Program-made: the position numbers and the translations under genes
NCBI GenBank assembly: GCA_963725735.1
Contig: CAVRZM010000014.1
Span: forward strand, 273,668-337,667
Direction of reading: 5' to 3'
Length of the DNA stretch: 64,000 nucleotides
DNA from: an uncultured beta proteobacterium
Lineage (GTDB): Bacteria > Pseudomonadota > Gammaproteobacteria > Burkholderiales > Casimicrobiaceae
The notes under the pieces: model-generated
Told to the model about the DNA's origin: nothing
Seen by the model: only the letters and a program-made list of their open reading frames with translations
The model's database searches: none
In this document: positions 61,468 to 64,000 of the stretch, piece by piece
Layout: each line of letters opens with the position of its first letter
Position numbering within the stretch: the first letter of the stretch is position 1

Positions 61468-63591
61468 TCACTCGATGATCAGCAGGCCGTCGACCGCCGC
61501 AGCCGCATCGGCTCCGAGTTTCAGCGGATTCACTTCCAGCGTGAAGCGCGGCCACGGTGCGGTGGCGACCAGTGCCGCAAAGCGCGCGACGAAATCGGCG
61601 GCGAGCGTGTGCTGCGCGCCGGTGAGAAACGCCGGCAGGCGGCGCAGCGTGCGCAGCTGCCCGACGAGGTCGAACGCGCCGTCCATGGACAGGGGGGCGC
61701 GCGCGAACACCACGTCGTCGACCAGCTCCGCGGGGCTGCCGCCGATGCCGACGCCCACGATCACGCCGAACTCGCGGTCGCGCAGCGCGGTGACGAGGAG
61801 CTCGCGGTTCCCCTCGAACATGTGCTGCACCCAGACGCCGTCGAGCGTCGCGCCGAGTTCCGCCGCGCGCGCGCGAAAGCGGCGCTCGACCGCAGCGGCG
61901 GCGGCTTCGCTGTCGACGTCGAGCGCGACGAGACCCAACGCGGCACGATGCGTGATGGCCGGCGACAGCGCCTTCATCGCGACCGGAAAGCCGACCTCGC
62001 GCGCGGCGGCCTGTGCGTCCGCCGCGGAGGTGGCGCAGCGGCCGGGCGCGACCGCCAGCCCGGCCGCCGCGAGCAGCGCGGCGACGCGGTGCTCGGGGAC
62101 CACGCGCGGGCCTTCGTCTTGGCCCACATGTGCCGTCCACGGGAACTCGCCGGCGACCGGCATTTGCCGGACGCGCGAACGCCGCGCCGCGGCGTAGTCC
62201 ACGATGTGGCGCAGCGCGCGGACCGCGCGCGCGTGCTCGTCGAAGACGTAGATGCCGCGCGCGGCAAGCGCTTCCGGCGTGCCCGCGGGCATCGCCTGCC
62301 ACGTGAGGAGCATCGGCTTGGCGGCGTGCGTCCGGGCGCGGTCGTAGAGTGCGACGACCTCGGGCGCGAGCTTGTCGAATCCCGCCGCGAGGAACAGCCA
62401 CGCGTCGGCCTCGGGCGCGGCGGCGAGCGCGTCGAGCGTCGCGCCCATGTTCGCGCGATGGCGCGGCGTGGTCATCATGCCGGGCGTGAAGTCGATGGGG
62501 TTGGCGACCGAGCTCAGCGGCGTGACCAGCGGCGCCAGCGCGGCCTGCGTGGAGGCGGCGAGCGTCGGCACCGCGAGCCCGGCGCGCTCGCACTGGTCGG
62601 TGCACACGACGCCGCTGCCGCCGCCGAACGAGGAAACGAGCACGCGGTTCGTCGCCGGCAGCTGGTCGTGGCGCAGCGAGGCGAGCTGGAGGCCCACGTC
62701 GAGCAGCTCCTCGGTCGAGTGCACGCGGATCACCGCGAACTCGCGGCAGATGGCGTCGAACGTGCGGTCGCTGCCGGCGAGCCGCCCCGTGTGCGCGAGC
62801 GCCGCGCGGCCGGCGGCTTCGGTGGTGCCGCCCTTCAGCACGACGACCGGCTTCTCCCTGGCGCGCGCCGCCGCGAGCGCGCCGACGAACGCGTCGGGAT
62901 CGGAAAGGCCCTCGACATAGACGGCGATCACGCGCGTGCCGTCGTCGGCCACCAGCGCGTGCATGAAGTCGGCGATGCCGAGCGCCGCTTCGTTGCCCAC
63001 GCTCGCCGTCACGCGAAAGCCGAGCCCGAACGCTTGCGCGCGCGCATGCGCCATCACGGCCAGGCCGCCGCTCTGGCTCACCATCGACATGGCGCCGGGC
63101 GTGAGCAGCGCGTTCTCGTGCAGCATGGTCGAGAACGACGCGGTCATGCCGAGCGCGGTGTTGATGACGCCGATGCAATTCGGGCCGCACAGCAGGAGGC
63201 CGCGCGCCTTGCACAGCGCGGCGACCTCGCGCTGCCGGGCCGCGCCATCGGCGCCGACTTCGGCGAACCCGCCGGCCCACACGATCGCCGACGGGATGCC
63301 GGCGTCCGCGCAGTCGGTCGCGACTTCCAGCACGCTATCCGCAGGCACCGCGATGATCGCGAGATCGGGCGTTCCGGGCAATGCGCGGACGCTGGCGTAG
63401 CAGGGGCGTCCGGCGACCGTCGCGCGCGTGGCGTTCACCGGCCATACCGGTCCCTGGTAGCCGAACTTTCCGAGGAAGCCGACGGCGCGTCCGCCGAGAT
63501 TGCCTTCGCGGTCGGAGGCCCCGATCACCGCGATCGCGCGCGGCGCGATGAGCGGCGTCAGGGCGCCGAACGATTGCGCGGGAGCGGCCAT
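61468..63591 (-). CDS. ADP-forming acyl-CoA synthetase family protein (CoA-binding plus ATP-grasp)
   Basis: IAVIGAS, GPNCIG, SQSGG, AHTG (phospho-His site), LEVNPL...AVDGLL. Confidence 0.9.
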   Translation of the reverse strand: MAAPAQSFGALTPLIAPRAIAVIGASDREGNLGGRAVGFLGKFGYQGPVWPVNATRATVAGRPCYASVRALPGTPDLAIIAVPADSVLEVATDCADAGIPSAIVWAGGFAEVGADGAARQREVAALCKARGLLLCGPNCIGVINTALGMTASFSTMLHENALLTPGAMSMVSQSGGLAVMAHARAQAFGLGFRVTASVGNEAALGIADFMHALVADDGTRVIAVYVEGLSDPDAFVGALAAARAREKPVVVLKGGTTEAAGRAALAHTGRLAGSDRTFDAICREFAVIRVHSTEELLDVGLQLASLRHDQLPATNRVLVSSFGGGSGVVCTDQCERAGLAVPTLAASTQAALAPLVTPLSSVANPIDFTPGMMTTPRHRANMGATLDALAAAPEADAWLFLAAGFDKLAPEVVALYDRARTHAAKPMLLTWQAMPAGTPEALAARGIYVFDEHARAVRALRHIVDYAAARRSRVRQMPVAGEFPWTAHVGQDEGPRVVPEHRVAALLAAAGLAVAPGRCATSAADAQAAAREVGFPVAMKALSPAITHRAALGLVALDVDSEAAAAAVERRFRARAAELGATLDGVWVQHMFEGNRELLVTALRDREFGVIVGVGIGGSPAELVDDVVFARAPLSMDGAFDLVGQLRTLRRLPAFLTGAQHTLAADFVARFAALVATAPWPRFTLEVNPLKLGADAAAAVDGLLIIE

Positions 63592-63595
63592 CCGC

Positions 63596-64000
63596 CTACA
63601 GCTTGATCTTCGCGTCGTCGATGAGCTTGCTCCACTTGTCCGACTCGCGGACCAGCACGGCGCCGTAATCGGCGGCGGTGCCGGCTTCGGGATCGATGCC
63701 CTGCGCGACGAGCGTCTCGCGCACGGCGGGATCGGCGACGGCCTTCGCCAGCGCGCTGCTCAGGATCGCCACGCGATCGGCCGGGACGCCGGCGGGCGCG
63801 ATCAGGCCCCAGGTGCCGGCGACGTCGAACTCGGCGAGGCCCACTTCGGCGAAGGTCGGCACGTCGGGCAGCGCGGCCGCGCGCTGCTTGCCGGTGATCG
63901 CGAGCGCGCGCAACTTGCCCGACTTGATGAGCGGCATCGCCGCGACGTTGTCCATCGCGGCCTGCACCCGTCCGCCGACGAGGTCGGTCATCGCGGGTCC
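63596..64000 (-). CDS. Bug/TctC-family receptor (5' end outside window)
   Basis: TDLVGG, GKLRALAIT, LPDVPTFAE, WGLIAPAG. Confidence 0.9.
   Translation of the reverse strand, partial: GPAMTDLVGGRVQAAMDNVAAMPLIKSGKLRALAITGKQRAAALPDVPTFAEVGLAEFDVAGTWGLIAPAGVPADRVAILSSALAKAVADPAVRETLVAQGIDPEAGTAADYGAVLVRESDKWSKLIDDAKIKL

Noticed and set aside
60581-63280. 899 aa ORF ending in the crotonase
   Set aside because: The upstream part is an alternative frame of the acyl-CoA ligase; the real start is 61417

Overview
High-GC (visually about 70%) betaproteobacterial chromosome segment spanning the replication-origin region. The conserved core is atpIBEFHAGDC, parB-parA-rsmG-mnmG with two parS sites, mnmE, yidC-yidD-rnpA-rpmH and dnaA-dnaN-gyrB, with no recF. 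Left of the core lie a DUF3141 / MaoC-Pta / AckA operon, a FixLJ-like two-component pair, an MHS-type MFS transporter and a metallophosphoesterase plus Ser/Thr kinase-USP pair. Inside the core are a beta-propeller plus ubiquitin-like pair, a peroxiredoxin, LacI, TAXI, fadD, pckG, tam, AbrB and an Fe/polyamine-type ABC transporter. Right of gyrB are TMEM175, a PAS hybrid kinase, a sulfatase, TetR/DUF4287, a flavin monooxygenase and a Bug / crotonase / ADP-forming acyl-CoA ligase cluster. Many essential genes carry single-base frameshifts, almost certainly assembly errors, so ends of frameshifted genes are approximate. No rRNA, tRNA, CRISPR array, transposase or integrase was recognised. The most unusual structure is a roughly 145 bp internal inversion in a truncated Bug gene (54879-55027). 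The best candidates for uncharacterised systems are the phosphoesterase/kinase-USP pair, the propeller/Ubl pair, the PhaC-like DUF3141 operon with PhaR-type boxes and the non-canonical crotonase cluster. All family calls come from motif recognition, not database searches.
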